A DNA stretch of 40,406 bases, from positions 1 to 40,406 of the forward strand of contig JAUSPC010000063.1 in assembly GCA_030655835.1 (NCBI GenBank). The letters are read 5' to 3'. This document shows positions 1 through 9,065 of the stretch, piece by piece (position 1 is the stretch's first letter; each line of letters begins with the position of its first letter). The notes below the pieces were generated by a model. The model did no database searches, was not told where the DNA came from, and saw nothing but the letters and a program-made list of their open reading frames with translations. Source of the DNA: Pelolinea sp. (GTDB taxonomy: Bacteria > Chloroflexota > Anaerolineae > Anaerolineales > Anaerolineaceae). The position numbers were made by a program, and so were the translations under genes.

Positions 1-124
1 GTCGTTAGAGAGGCGCTTATCTTACCGCAGCTTATCTCTCTTTCACTTTCAAAGTTGCACTTACGAGTTGAATTCAAGGTTCAATATAAAAATTCAATTA
101 ACAAATTTTATTGGAATGGCACAT

Positions 125-1426
125 CTAATCTATCAATCCCTTTGGATCCAAAATGATCTCTTTCAGATCAGATAAAAATTTCGCTGCTTGGGCTCCATCC
201 ATAACCCGATGGTCAGCGCTTAATGTAAATGATATGATCTTTTGTATCATTGGCAAATTATTTTCTGCGGGAACAAAGAACTTGGTCATTTTTCCCACCG
301 CCAAAATTGCTGATTGAGGGGGATTGATGATCGCCATAAAACTGTCAATGCCATACATACCCAAATTTGAAATTGTAAAGGTCGCATTCGTCAGGTCAAT
401 GGGTTCCAACTTTCCTTCCTTTGACCGGAGCGATAAGTCCTTTATTTCATCTGAGATCTGCTTAATATCTTTCTTATCGGCATGATGCACAACCGGAACG
501 ATCAATCCATCCTCAAGCGCGGTAGCAATGCCAATATTTATCTGATCGAGGATTTTGATTTCCTTTTCTGTATATTGACTGTTAATGATCGGTGAGCGGC
601 GAATCACAACCGCAACTGCTTTTGTGATCAATGCCGTAAGGGAGATTTTTTCTGCTGTTGATTGTTTAGCTGAATTTAGTTCTTCCCGTAAGATTTCTAA
701 TTCATCCATCGGAATATTAATCTGCAGGGTCATATGCGGCGCATCATTCCAGCTGTGTTTCATATTCTGCGCGATTGTACGGCGCATACCTATCATCGGA
801 ATGCTGGTTTTGATCGTTTTTCCGACACTTTTCTCATCGATTCGCTTTGATCTTTGTTGCTTCATATCTTCTGCCTGGATGCGTCCCTTCGGACCGCTCC
901 CTGAAACTTTCGAGAGATCAATTTGTTTCTCTCGCCCGATTTTTCTGGCAGCCGGGGTGGCTCTTTCTTTACCTGGTTCAAAATTCCTTTGCAATGCGAG
1001 ACTGTTTTCTACATCTGTTTTTGTGATTTTCCCCTGAGGACCAGTGCCTTTAATTGCATCTATATCAAGAGAATTTTCATCAGCTAATTTTTTTGCAATT
1101 GGAGTTATTAAAATTTGGTCCTTTTTTACTTTTGGAGATTCTATTTTACTAAGTTTTTCAATTCCCTTAATTTCCGGAAGCCTTTCTCCAGGTTGTAAAA
1201 TATAAGCAATAATTTCTGTCACCGGAACGATCTCACCGATCTGGTATCTAATTCCTGAGAGGGTCCCAGTTTCAGGTGCCTCAACTTCCATAGAGATTTT
1301 ATCTGTACTTACTACAGCAATAGGGTCACCCTTTTCAACAGAATCCCCTTCAGAATGAAGCCATTCCATTATCTCCGATTCTTCCTGTGTGAAGCCAAAC
1401 TTTGGCATGATTATTTCTTTTGCCAA
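125..1426 (-). CDS. Dihydrolipoamide acyltransferase (E2) of a 2-oxoacid/acetoin dehydrogenase complex (AcoC/PdhC-like)
   Basis: N-terminal lipoyl domain (VSTDKISMEV), two peripheral-subunit-binding repeats (ITPIAKKLA..GTGPQGKITKTDV; ATPAARKIG..GSGPKGRIQAEDM), catalytic motif DHRVMDG, and TFTISNLG/IINPPQ. Confidence 0.93.
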   Translation of the reverse strand: MAKEIIMPKFGFTQEESEIMEWLHSEGDSVEKGDPIAVVSTDKISMEVEAPETGTLSGIRYQIGEIVPVTEIIAYILQPGERLPEIKGIEKLSKIESPKVKKDQILITPIAKKLADENSLDIDAIKGTGPQGKITKTDVENSLALQRNFEPGKERATPAARKIGREKQIDLSKVSGSGPKGRIQAEDMKQQRSKRIDEKSVGKTIKTSIPMIGMRRTIAQNMKHSWNDAPHMTLQINIPMDELEILREELNSAKQSTAEKISLTALITKAVAVVIRRSPIINSQYTEKEIKILDQINIGIATALEDGLIVPVVHHADKKDIKQISDEIKDLSLRSKEGKLEPIDLTNATFTISNLGMYGIDSFMAIINPPQSAILAVGKMTKFFVPAENNLPMIQKIISFTLSADHRVMDGAQAAKFLSDLKEIILDPKGLID

Positions 1427-1444
1427 TGTATATTCCTCCTACTA

Positions 1445-2431
1445 CTAATAAATATTCTGAACTATTTTTCTAGCTTCTTCCACAATATTCTCAACCTGCG
1501 GAACAGCATGATATTCAAGATTGCGATTATATGGAATTGGCACATCCAATCCCGCTAATCGTCGCACAGGCGCATCCAGAAAATCAAATGCCTCGCTCTC
1601 CATGATCATAGCTGATATTTCTCCTCCAAATCCACCCGTTTTCACAGCTTCATGCACAACCAAAGCTTTCCCGGTCTTGATAACAGATTTGATGATCGGC
1701 TCTTCATCCAGCGGTTTCAGGGTTCTCGGATCAATTACTTCCAGCTCAATCCCTTCTTTAGATAAAATTTTTGCTGCCTCAAGCGACCTTGGAACCATTA
1801 TTGACGTTGCAATAACGGTTAGATCTTTTCCCTCGCGAACAATTTTGCTTTTCCCAATAGGAATCGTATACATCTCTTCTGGTACATCCCCCTTCATTTT
1901 ATATAGGAGCTTATGTTCAAAGAACATAACGGGATTATTTTCTTCAATTGCGGATAACAACAATCCTTTGGCATCATAAGGTGAAGATGGCATAACAACT
2001 TTCAATCCAGGTACATGAACAAACCAATTTTCTAGACTTTCTGAATGCTGAGCTGCTGCACCAGTTCCAGATCCTCCAGCCAGCCTGATTACAAATGGAA
2101 GTTCTGCTTTACCACCGAACATGAATCGCATTTTCGCCCCCTGCATAACGATCTGTTCCATCGCAAGAACCACAAAATCGCTAAATTGCATTTCTCCAAC
2201 CGGGCGCATTCCTGTTACTGAAGCACCCACGCATGCTCCTGCAATACCTGCTTCCGATATAGGGGTATCTATGATCCTTTCCGGACCAAATTGATCAAGC
2301 AACCCGGCCGATACGCCAAACGCACCGCCGTATATACCAATATCCTCACCGATCAGGAAAACTCGGTCATCCTTTTCCATTGACTGACGCAGACCTTCAC
2401 GCAGCGCTTCCATATAACTTATTTCACGCAT
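1445..2431 (-). CDS. TPP-dependent dehydrogenase E1 beta subunit (AcoB/PdhB-like)
   Basis: GEDIG, DTPISE, EMQFSDF, AAQHS and FEHK motifs. Start moved to ATG 2431 ([10 protein letters not shown]), which overlaps the E1-alpha stop by 8 nt (ATGCGTGA). Confidence 0.92.
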   Translation of the reverse strand: MREISYMEALREGLRQSMEKDDRVFLIGEDIGIYGGAFGVSAGLLDQFGPERIIDTPISEAGIAGACVGASVTGMRPVGEMQFSDFVVLAMEQIVMQGAKMRFMFGGKAELPFVIRLAGGSGTGAAAQHSESLENWFVHVPGLKVVMPSSPYDAKGLLLSAIEENNPVMFFEHKLLYKMKGDVPEEMYTIPIGKSKIVREGKDLTVIATSIMVPRSLEAAKILSKEGIELEVIDPRTLKPLDEEPIIKSVIKTGKALVVHEAVKTGGFGGEISAMIMESEAFDFLDAPVRRLAGLDVPIPYNRNLEYHAVPQVENIVEEARKIVQNIY

Positions 2432-3407
2432 AGATACCTTCCATAATTGTAGAGAGTTCAGGTTCAGGGCTATTTTCTGCAAAATCAACCGCGTTCTTGA
2501 TATCTACTTTCGCTTTTTCTTCGATTTTATTAAATCCTTCTTCATCTATATCAAGTAATTTGGCAAATCTCGGTATGGGATCTTTTTTCATCCATTTTTT
2601 AACTTCGTCTCTTGTCCGATAAAGCTGCCGATCGCTCTTTGAATGCCCCTGGTATCTATAGGTGATCGCTTCAATCAAGGTGGATCCTTGCCCCTCTCGG
2701 GCTCGGTCTGCAGCTTCTCTAACTGCCTGATGCACTGCGATCACATCATTTCCATCAACAGTTAATCCTTTGATCCCATAAGCACTTGCCCGATCGCTGA
2801 TTTGTTCAATCCGAAACGCACGTTCAAAAGCCATTGACATGGCATATTGATTGTTTTCACATAGATAGATAACGGGCAAATTCCAGATACTTGCCATATT
2901 TAACGATTCATGAAACGCGCCTTCATTTGCGGCGCCATCACCAAAAAGTGTCAAAACAACCTGCTTGGTCTTTCGTATTTTAATACTCAATCCCACTCCC
3001 ACAGAAATGGGCAAATTGCCGGCGACAATACCTTGTGCACCCAGGTTATTAGATTCAACATCCGCGATATGCATTGAGCCACCGCGTCCGCGGCAGTAAC
3101 CATTTTCTTTTCCAAGAAATTCAGACATCATTAAGTTCAAATCACCCCCCCACATCAAGAAATGTCCATGGCCACGATGTGTGTTTAATAGATAATCGCC
3201 TTCTTTAAGTGCTGGTCCAGCACCTGCGGCAATGGCTTCCTGCCCAATTGACACATGCATAGTTCCGTGCACTTTCCCTAGCGCGAACATTTCTAATGCG
3301 TTTTCCTCAAATGTACGCGTAAGCACCATTTTATAAAGCAAATCTTCAGCTTTACTTCTTTCAATTTCCCCACCAATAAGTTGCTGCTCTTTTTTTCCTT
3401 CCGCCAT
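2424..3407 (-). CDS. TPP-dependent dehydrogenase E1 alpha subunit (AcoA/PdhA-like)
   Basis: GQEA, HRGHGH, GRGGSMH, TPP-binding GDGA...ENNQY, YRYQGHS. SD AAGGAGGT upstream. Confidence 0.93.
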   Translation of the reverse strand: MAEGKKEQQLIGGEIERSKAEDLLYKMVLTRTFEENALEMFALGKVHGTMHVSIGQEAIAAGAGPALKEGDYLLNTHRGHGHFLMWGGDLNLMMSEFLGKENGYCRGRGGSMHIADVESNNLGAQGIVAGNLPISVGVGLSIKIRKTKQVVLTLFGDGAANEGAFHESLNMASIWNLPVIYLCENNQYAMSMAFERAFRIEQISDRASAYGIKGLTVDGNDVIAVHQAVREAADRAREGQGSTLIEAITYRYQGHSKSDRQLYRTRDEVKKWMKKDPIPRFAKLLDIDEEGFNKIEEKAKVDIKNAVDFAENSPEPELSTIMEGIYA

Positions 3408-3424
3408 TACACCTCCTTGTTTTG

Positions 3425-4381
3425 TTATTGAAGAATAGGTAATACTGCCGAGCTATCTGTAAACAAGATATCAAGCCAGTTTCCCTTTAATACAGCATTA
3501 ATTGCTTGTGATTTTTGAGATCCAGCTGCGATCCCGATCAATTTGCAACCATTTAGACGCAGACGTTGAATATCCACGGCCATTGTCCTTCTATTTAATT
3601 CGATATCTAATACAATTCCATTTTCGTCTAAGATCACACCGCAGAAATTTGCGACACCGCCCTGAGCTTTTATAGATTTCACTTCCTGTTCACTAATAAG
3701 TCCAGATCGGAAAATACTGGAATACAACCGATCCACATCAATCGTTCCTATACCTAGTAAAACAATGTCCGAAAGGTATCCCAGTTCCAATGTGGTCTTG
3801 ATTTGTTGTTGATCTTTTAGGGACTTACATGCAGCTTCACTATCCATAAACAAAGGAGAATGTAAAAACTTATGGCTGGCGCTTAACTTGCTCGCCAGCA
3901 ATGCAGCCAGATCTGGCCCATCTACTCTCGTGTCGCTTTTTCCCCCGGAAGCGCCAATCACCTGAACAACTTTAATATTTGATTTGTGGAGAAAAGGAAG
4001 GGCATTTACCAGTTCATATAATGAAGATCCCCACCCAATTCCAATAACCATACCATCAAAGATATTATTCTGGAAATAAGACGCACCCAATCTCCCTACT
4101 AGGTTGATATTATGTGAATAATCAGAAAGACCGGAATTAATAACGTATGCCGTCTCAAGAGAAAATTCTTTCTGTAGACGGCGCTCCAATTCTTTTTCGC
4201 GAAGGAGTGGGTATTTTATTTTAATTTCAATAATTCCTAAATCTTCAGCTTCGGTAAGTATTCTGGAGATCGCTGAGCGGGAGTAACCGGAAATAAGAGC
4301 AATCTCTGCTTGGGTCTTTTTCTCCACAAAATAAAAAGACGCGATATCTGCTAATAACTGCCTTCGGGTTTCTGTATCCAT
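3425..4381 (-). CDS. SorC/DeoR(CggR/LsrR)-family sugar-binding transcriptional regulator
   Basis: N-terminal HTH ([31 protein letters not shown]) and sugar-binding domain ([32 protein letters not shown]). Confidence 0.9.
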   Translation of the reverse strand: MDTETRRQLLADIASFYFVEKKTQAEIALISGYSRSAISRILTEAEDLGIIEIKIKYPLLREKELERRLQKEFSLETAYVINSGLSDYSHNINLVGRLGASYFQNNIFDGMVIGIGWGSSLYELVNALPFLHKSNIKVVQVIGASGGKSDTRVDGPDLAALLASKLSASHKFLHSPLFMDSEAACKSLKDQQQIKTTLELGYLSDIVLLGIGTIDVDRLYSSIFRSGLISEQEVKSIKAQGGVANFCGVILDENGIVLDIELNRRTMAVDIQRLRLNGCKLIGIAAGSQKSQAINAVLKGNWLDILFTDSSAVLPILQ

Positions 4382-4416
4382 TCAATTCTCTATTATTTTC
4401 ATCCTCAATATAACAT

Positions 4417-4457
4417 AAAAATCACATATGTTACCCATGTTCACATATGTGATTTTT
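4417..4457. promoter_or_regulatory. 15-bp perfect inverted repeat, candidate operator of the SorC-family regulator
   Basis: AAAAATCACATATGT (4417-4431), 11-nt spacer, ACATATGTGATTTTT (4443-4457). Lies just upstream of a minus-strand extended -10, TGtTATATT (4415-4407). Confidence 0.6.
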
Positions 4458-4496
4458 TAACATTACAATTTAAAGATCGGAAATTATAAATTTTTA

Positions 4497-4525
4497 TTGA
4501 CTTTTGGTTAATCCTCCTCTACACT
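4497..4525 (+). promoter_or_regulatory. Sigma70-type promoter of comM/yifB
   Basis: TTGACT (4497-4502), 17 nt, TACACT (4520-4525). The ATG follows after 7 nt. Confidence 0.6.
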
Positions 4526-4532
4526 AAATAAC

Positions 4533-6062
4533 ATGCTTGCGCGAGTTTTTTCTTGTGCTGTGATTGGATTGGACGGGGTCATTGTTGAGGTAGAAGTAGA
4601 TACCTCACAAGGTCTTCCCGGAATGGATATTGTTGGATTGCCGGACGCCGCGGTTCAGGAATCCAGACAAAGGGTAATGGCGGCCATTAAAAACGCCGGG
4701 TATGCCTACCCAAGGAAAAGGCTTACTGTCAACCTTGCTCCAGGATCTGTGCGAAAAGAAGGGCCCGTTTACGACCTCCCCATTGCGCTCGGTGTTTTAG
4801 CGTGCATGGAAATCATCCCAGATGAGGCCCTGAACGATGGGTTAGTTATCGGTGAGCTTTCTTTAGATAATTCGGTACGCCATGTACGCGGCATCCTGCC
4901 CATGGCTGTTATTGCTCGGGAAAAGGGATTTAAACGAATTTTTGTACCAGAGTCAGATGCGGCGGAAGCAGCCCTTATTCCCGAAATAGAGGTCATACCC
5001 GTGCAAACATTAGCAGCCCTGGTATCATTTTTAAATGGGCAGAACCCCATCACGCCACAGCCATTAACTAAAGTAGACAACAAGGAAGCATGGGCATTAA
5101 CGGACTTCAAAGAGGTAAAAGGTCAGGAACATGTTAAACGTGCCCTTGAGGTATCAGCTGCAGGTGGGCATAACGTGTTGATGATCGGTCCTCCCGGCGC
5201 AGGAAAAACCCTGCTTGCGCGCGCGTTACCAGCCATATTACCCACTCTTTCAATTGAAGAAGCACTGGATGTCACCCGTATCTATTCGATCAGTGACCTG
5301 CTTCCTCCGGATACTCCCCTCATCCAGGCACGTCCGTTTAGAGCGCCGCATCATACTATCTCAAACGCCGGTTTAGTCGGCGGCGGAAACTGGCCGCATC
5401 CCGGCGAAGTCTCATTGGCTCACCGCGGTGTTCTTTTCTTAGACGAATTGCCTGAATTCGGCAAGCACGTGCTGGAGGTTCTGCGGCAACCTTTAGAAGA
5501 TAAGACAGTAACCATCAGCCGGGCGAGAGGGTCTTTGTCCTTCCCTGCCAATTTTCAAATGGTCGCAGCAATGAATCCATGTCCCTGTGGATTCTATGGA
5601 GATACTTATAAACCCTGCACTTGTTCCCAATCATCCATCACAACCTATCAGAAACGGATCTCTGGCCCACTCCTGGATCGGATCGATATCCATATCCAGG
5701 TGCCGCGGGTTGACTATGAGAAATTAAGCGACAATCGTTTTGGGGAACCTTCATTTTCAGTTCGCGAAAGAGTGGAGGCAGCTCGAAATATCCAACGCAC
5801 TCGTTTCGTTGATAATGGTAAAGAAAATCACCGCATATTTTGCAATTCGGACATGGGAAATTCAGATATTCGAAAATTTTGTAAATTAGATGAAAGCTGT
5901 AACACACTCATGCGGGCAGCGATGAACCAATATCATTTATCCGCACGAGCGTATCATAGGGTTCTAAAACTTGCACGTACGATCGCGGATCTGGCAAATA
6001 TGGACAAGATCTCAACATCCCACCTCGCAGAAGCCCTTCAATACCGGCCCCAAGTATTCTAG
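4533..6062 (+). CDS. comM: YifB/ComM Mg-chelatase-like AAA+ ATPase
   Basis: IVGLPDAAVQESR, NLAP..RKEG..YDLPIA, Walker A GPPGAGKT, PFRAPHH, Walker B LFLDE, MNPCPCG, SGPLLDRID, LSARAY.RVLKLARTIADL. Confidence 0.93.
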   Translation: MLARVFSCAVIGLDGVIVEVEVDTSQGLPGMDIVGLPDAAVQESRQRVMAAIKNAGYAYPRKRLTVNLAPGSVRKEGPVYDLPIALGVLACMEIIPDEALNDGLVIGELSLDNSVRHVRGILPMAVIAREKGFKRIFVPESDAAEAALIPEIEVIPVQTLAALVSFLNGQNPITPQPLTKVDNKEAWALTDFKEVKGQEHVKRALEVSAAGGHNVLMIGPPGAGKTLLARALPAILPTLSIEEALDVTRIYSISDLLPPDTPLIQARPFRAPHHTISNAGLVGGGNWPHPGEVSLAHRGVLFLDELPEFGKHVLEVLRQPLEDKTVTISRARGSLSFPANFQMVAAMNPCPCGFYGDTYKPCTCSQSSITTYQKRISGPLLDRIDIHIQVPRVDYEKLSDNRFGEPSFSVRERVEAARNIQRTRFVDNGKENHRIFCNSDMGNSDIRKFCKLDESCNTLMRAAMNQYHLSARAYHRVLKLARTIADLANMDKISTSHLAEALQYRPQVF

Positions 6063-6142
6063 ATTCCTACAAAGAATAACAAAAACAATAATGATGATAT
6101 AAATAATTTGTCCTTTTAGAATCATTAATTATCTGAGGTACT

Positions 6143-7105
6143 ATGAAAAAAGTTTGGGTAGATACAGATCCGGGCGTGGATGACGTCGTTGCAATTGCGA
6201 TGCTATTTGAATCTCCTGATATAGAGATCGTAGGATTATCTACTGTTTTTGGTAATGTAACCGTAGATCTGACTACAAAGAACGCCAAGATCATTTTAGA
6301 AGCAGTCGGTAAAAAATCCATTCAGTTGGCGCGCGGTGCGTACTTTCCTTTAAATGTTCGTTTAGACACATCTCCATTCGTGCATGGGGATAATGGATTG
6401 GGAAATATGCCTCTTCCTGAGCCAAAAATGAAAGAAAGTCCATTTCTCGCTCCCCAAGCCATCATCAATGCGATCCTTTCCAATCCTAACGAGATCACCC
6501 TGTTCCCGATCGGACCACTGACGAACATTGCAATGGCTTACTTGATGGAACCAAAGATCGCTGATCTGGTAAAGGAAGTGGTCATCATGGGAGGAGCGGT
6601 CCACTGCCCAGGGAACATTACACCAACTGCAGAAGCAAATTTCTTTCATGATCCGCATGCAGCTCAAACGGTCATTGGAGCTGGTTGGCCGATCACTCTC
6701 GCCAGCTTAGATGTATGTGGACAAAGCAGTATGATCTCAAACGAGATCATGAATAAGGTTGTAGCCTCCGGTAAACCGCTTAGCCCTTATATAGGCGGGG
6801 CACTTCCCTTTTATCAAGCATTTCTTTCAAATTTTGGCATTTACGATAAAGTCGATTTTCCCGATACACTTGCAGCTGCATACTTGCTCGAACCAGACAT
6901 CTTTACGATTGAAAGAACCCATTTATTTATTGAAACCGAGGGAAGCTGCCTGGGCCAATCAATTCCTGTCCCAGCAGGTAAATGGTATCAGGACTCGAAA
7001 AATAAAAAACCCTATAAAGCGGATGAAACCATCTCTCTGGTGAATGTTTTGGTCAAAGAAAATTCACAACAATACTTTGATCTAGTTGAAAGATTATTAA
7101 CCTAA
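6143..7105 (+). CDS. Nucleoside hydrolase (IU-NH/Rih family)
   Basis: Ca-binding DTDPGVDD, TVFGN, VHGDNGLG, GPLTN, MGG..GNITPTAEANFFHDPHAA. SD GAGGT at 6136-6140. Confidence 0.9.
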   Translation: MKKVWVDTDPGVDDVVAIAMLFESPDIEIVGLSTVFGNVTVDLTTKNAKIILEAVGKKSIQLARGAYFPLNVRLDTSPFVHGDNGLGNMPLPEPKMKESPFLAPQAIINAILSNPNEITLFPIGPLTNIAMAYLMEPKIADLVKEVVIMGGAVHCPGNITPTAEANFFHDPHAAQTVIGAGWPITLASLDVCGQSSMISNEIMNKVVASGKPLSPYIGGALPFYQAFLSNFGIYDKVDFPDTLAAAYLLEPDIFTIERTHLFIETEGSCLGQSIPVPAGKWYQDSKNKKPYKADETISLVNVLVKENSQQYFDLVERLLT

Positions 7106-7356
7106 ACATTGATTGTAAAGGTTTTGTATTTCCATTTTTCGGCATAATTAGTGTGCTGAAACTTCTAAAAGAAACTTGAAATGATTGGCATCTATGAATA
7201 GGATTTATCAACCGAGGATCCAATTAATAACCGTTTCCTTATATTGGAAGTTGGTTTTCAATCCATTACTTTCTGGTATGAATATTGCACAGATATAATA
7301 TATTGAAATTTTTATTTTTTGCTATAAAATTAAAGAGTAATTTAAGGAGGACCCAA

Positions 7357-7878
7357 ATGAATAACAGAATATCCAAAGTGATGATCACCTTACTATTAGT
7401 TTTATTCACATTAGCCTGCACCCTACCGTTTAATTTTGCCCCTGCCCCGGAATCTGAAGAAACGATCGTTTATGTGGAGATCACTTCAACCCCAGAAATG
7501 GATGAATCTGCAGATACGGATATGGGTACGGATGAAGATGCTGAAGTAACCCCGACAGTTTCTATCAATTTAGATGGTCCTTGGACGATCTGGCAGGGTA
7601 GTTCCGAGCAGCAGTTATCAATTGATTTTCTGCAGCAAGGATACGAACTCATTGGGAATGCTGCCACCGGTGATGGACACAGCATTTTATTTAAGGGAAC
7701 AGTTGGCCAGGATGGGAAAAGTGTGACCGGAACATGGGAATCTACGACAGGCACATCCGGGAATTTCCTGATGGACATAAATGATACACTTTCCGGTTTT
7801 TCAGGAAATTTGGGCGGAGGTGTACCCTTCTGTGGAACTCGTACGGAAACCTCAAAACCATACCCCTGTCTTAAATAA
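7357..7878 (+). CDS. Hypothetical lipoprotein (signal peptide II, acidic linker, Gly-rich beta domain)
   Basis: Strong SD AAGGAGG (7344-7350) before ATG 7357. Hydrophobic leader ends in lipobox LAC. Followed by a terminator. Confidence 0.75.
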   Translation: MNNRISKVMITLLLVLFTLACTLPFNFAPAPESEETIVYVEITSTPEMDESADTDMGTDEDAEVTPTVSINLDGPWTIWQGSSEQQLSIDFLQQGYELIGNAATGDGHSILFKGTVGQDGKSVTGTWESTTGTSGNFLMDINDTLSGFSGNLGGGVPFCGTRTETSKPYPCLK

Positions 7879-7894
7879 CTAGCCTTACAGTTCT

Positions 7895-7924
7895 AAACCG
7901 CTTCCAAATTGGAAGCGGTTTTTT
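7895..7924 (+). terminator. Rho-independent terminator between convergent genes
   Basis: AAACCGCTTCC-AAATT-GGAAGCGGTTT, with the T run extending over 7919-7924. Confidence 0.8.
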
Positions 7925-7928
7925 ATCC

Positions 7929-8883
7929 TCACAAATTTCTTAGATACTTCACTTTCTTAATATTATGGTGGCATCCTCCGCCATCATGCGGGTTGAATTC
8001 ATAAACTTCATTTTATTTTCACCTAGATAGTAGTTGTAAGCCGAAAAAACTGTTGTAGGGGGATATATGGGATCCATCAAAGCTTTGCCGAATTCAGCGG
8101 AGCATTTGTGCGTACTGTAAATTGCATTCGGTTAAAATATGATAGATTTCTAAAAACTGTCTCGTTTTATCCCGATGAACCTTTTGAAACCGCGAGATCG
8201 CATGATACGGCATTTCGTCAGTCAACCTTACCGCGCGGGGAAAATCACATGTATATGGAACATCCGGCATCACAGTGGAGAGATGATCCGTCAATCCGCT
8301 CATCGCAATGCCAATTCCACCACTCTGACTCACACCAGTCACAGCAATTTTGTTATTAATCCACGGACGGGGGGATTTTGCTGCTTCAATCACACGGTAT
8401 GCATCCATATATAACCGCCGATAATAATATGTATGCGGATCAAGCCCTCTCAGGGCCATAAAACCATGAAAATAAGGGCTAGAGCCATCAGTATAAACAT
8501 CTACTGTATCCCCTGGATAACCAAGAAGAACCCAAGCCGCGAGTATTCATTATGAATGCTGCAAATCCCACAGTCGGGAACAGCAGCCAATCAGTCGGGA
8601 ATCCTCACCCGCCTCCATACCCAATATACTCAACAACACATGGGGGCAGTTTATTTATTTAGGGAAATGAACCAGCCCTTAATTGTCTGTTCAGTATATC
8701 CACTGAAATCTACATCAAACGTATCAAAATACGATAATTCAAAATCTTCAGGAGAGAAAACAGCTTGAAGCCCATATTTCTCTATATCTAATTCCGTTTT
8801 TTCCAAAACATGTCAAAATCAGAAAGTTCATTTCTTTCTGGTAATTATGTTTTCAATTCCTCTAGAGCGCGATCATATAGCAT
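7929..8883 (-). pseudogene. Degraded acetylxylan esterase / cephalosporin-C deacetylase (CE7 family)
   Basis: Manual translation across frames gives MLYDRALEELKT*LPERNE.SDFDMFW / FDVDFSGY..QTIKGW / LPPCVVEYIGYGGG*GFPTDWL..FIMNTRG.GSSW / GDT..GFMALRGLDPHTYYYRR..GVSQSGG..DVPYTCDF / VFRNLSYF / LMDPIYPPTTVFSAYNYY / YEFNPHDGGG. In-frame stops at 8845-8847 and 8605-8607, plus about 6 frameshifts. Confidence 0.88.
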
Positions 8884-8955
8884 TTGAACACCCCCCATCT
8901 TACTCAGAAAATCCCAAAAATTATTGGATCTTTTCTTAAAATCCAAAAAAGGGTC

Positions 8956-8984
8956 TTGCATTTGTATAAAAAAACCGCTATAAT
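8956..8984 (+). promoter_or_regulatory. Sigma70 promoter of the dcw operon
   Basis: TTGCAT (8956-8961), 17 nt, TATAAT (8979-8984). Confidence 0.75.
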
Positions 8985-8990
8985 CATATA

Positions 8991-9020
8991 AAAGTGGATC
9001 AAAGTGGGTCGAAGTGGGAC
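8991..9020 (+). promoter_or_regulatory. Three tandem MraZ-binding repeats (GTGG-N6)
   Basis: AAAGTGGATC AAAGTGGGTC GAAGTGGGAC: 10-bp periodicity directly downstream of the -10 box, as described for MraZ operators. Confidence 0.8.
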
Positions 9021-9065
9021 GCCGGTTTTATCCGGCGTTTCGGCTTAAATCCAGGGGTAGGACAA

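Noticed and set aside
7-41. AGAGAG...CTCTCT arms with an internal GCTTATCT direct repeat at the window edge
   Set aside because: Only a 6-bp stem with truncated context. Cannot be called a terminator, ncRNA or repeat.
4382-4402. Minus-strand mini-ORF MKIIEN* in frame and abutting the regulator ATG
   Set aside because: Its ATG lies only 4 nt from the predicted -10 box, so it is probably not within the transcript. A six-codon ORF is expected by chance.
8605-8607. In-frame TGA as selenocysteine or recoding
   Set aside because: It falls at a conserved Arg position (CGA to TGA) in a gene that also has a TAA and several frameshifts.
8094-8768. Small ORFs 8094-8459(-), 8108-8359(+), 8175-8414(+) and 8556-8768(+) as independent genes
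   Set aside because: The first is a fragment of the CE7 pseudogene and the others are its antisense shadows.
8991-9020. 10-bp tandem repeats as a CRISPR or VNTR
   Set aside because: No spacers and only three units. Better explained as MraZ boxes.
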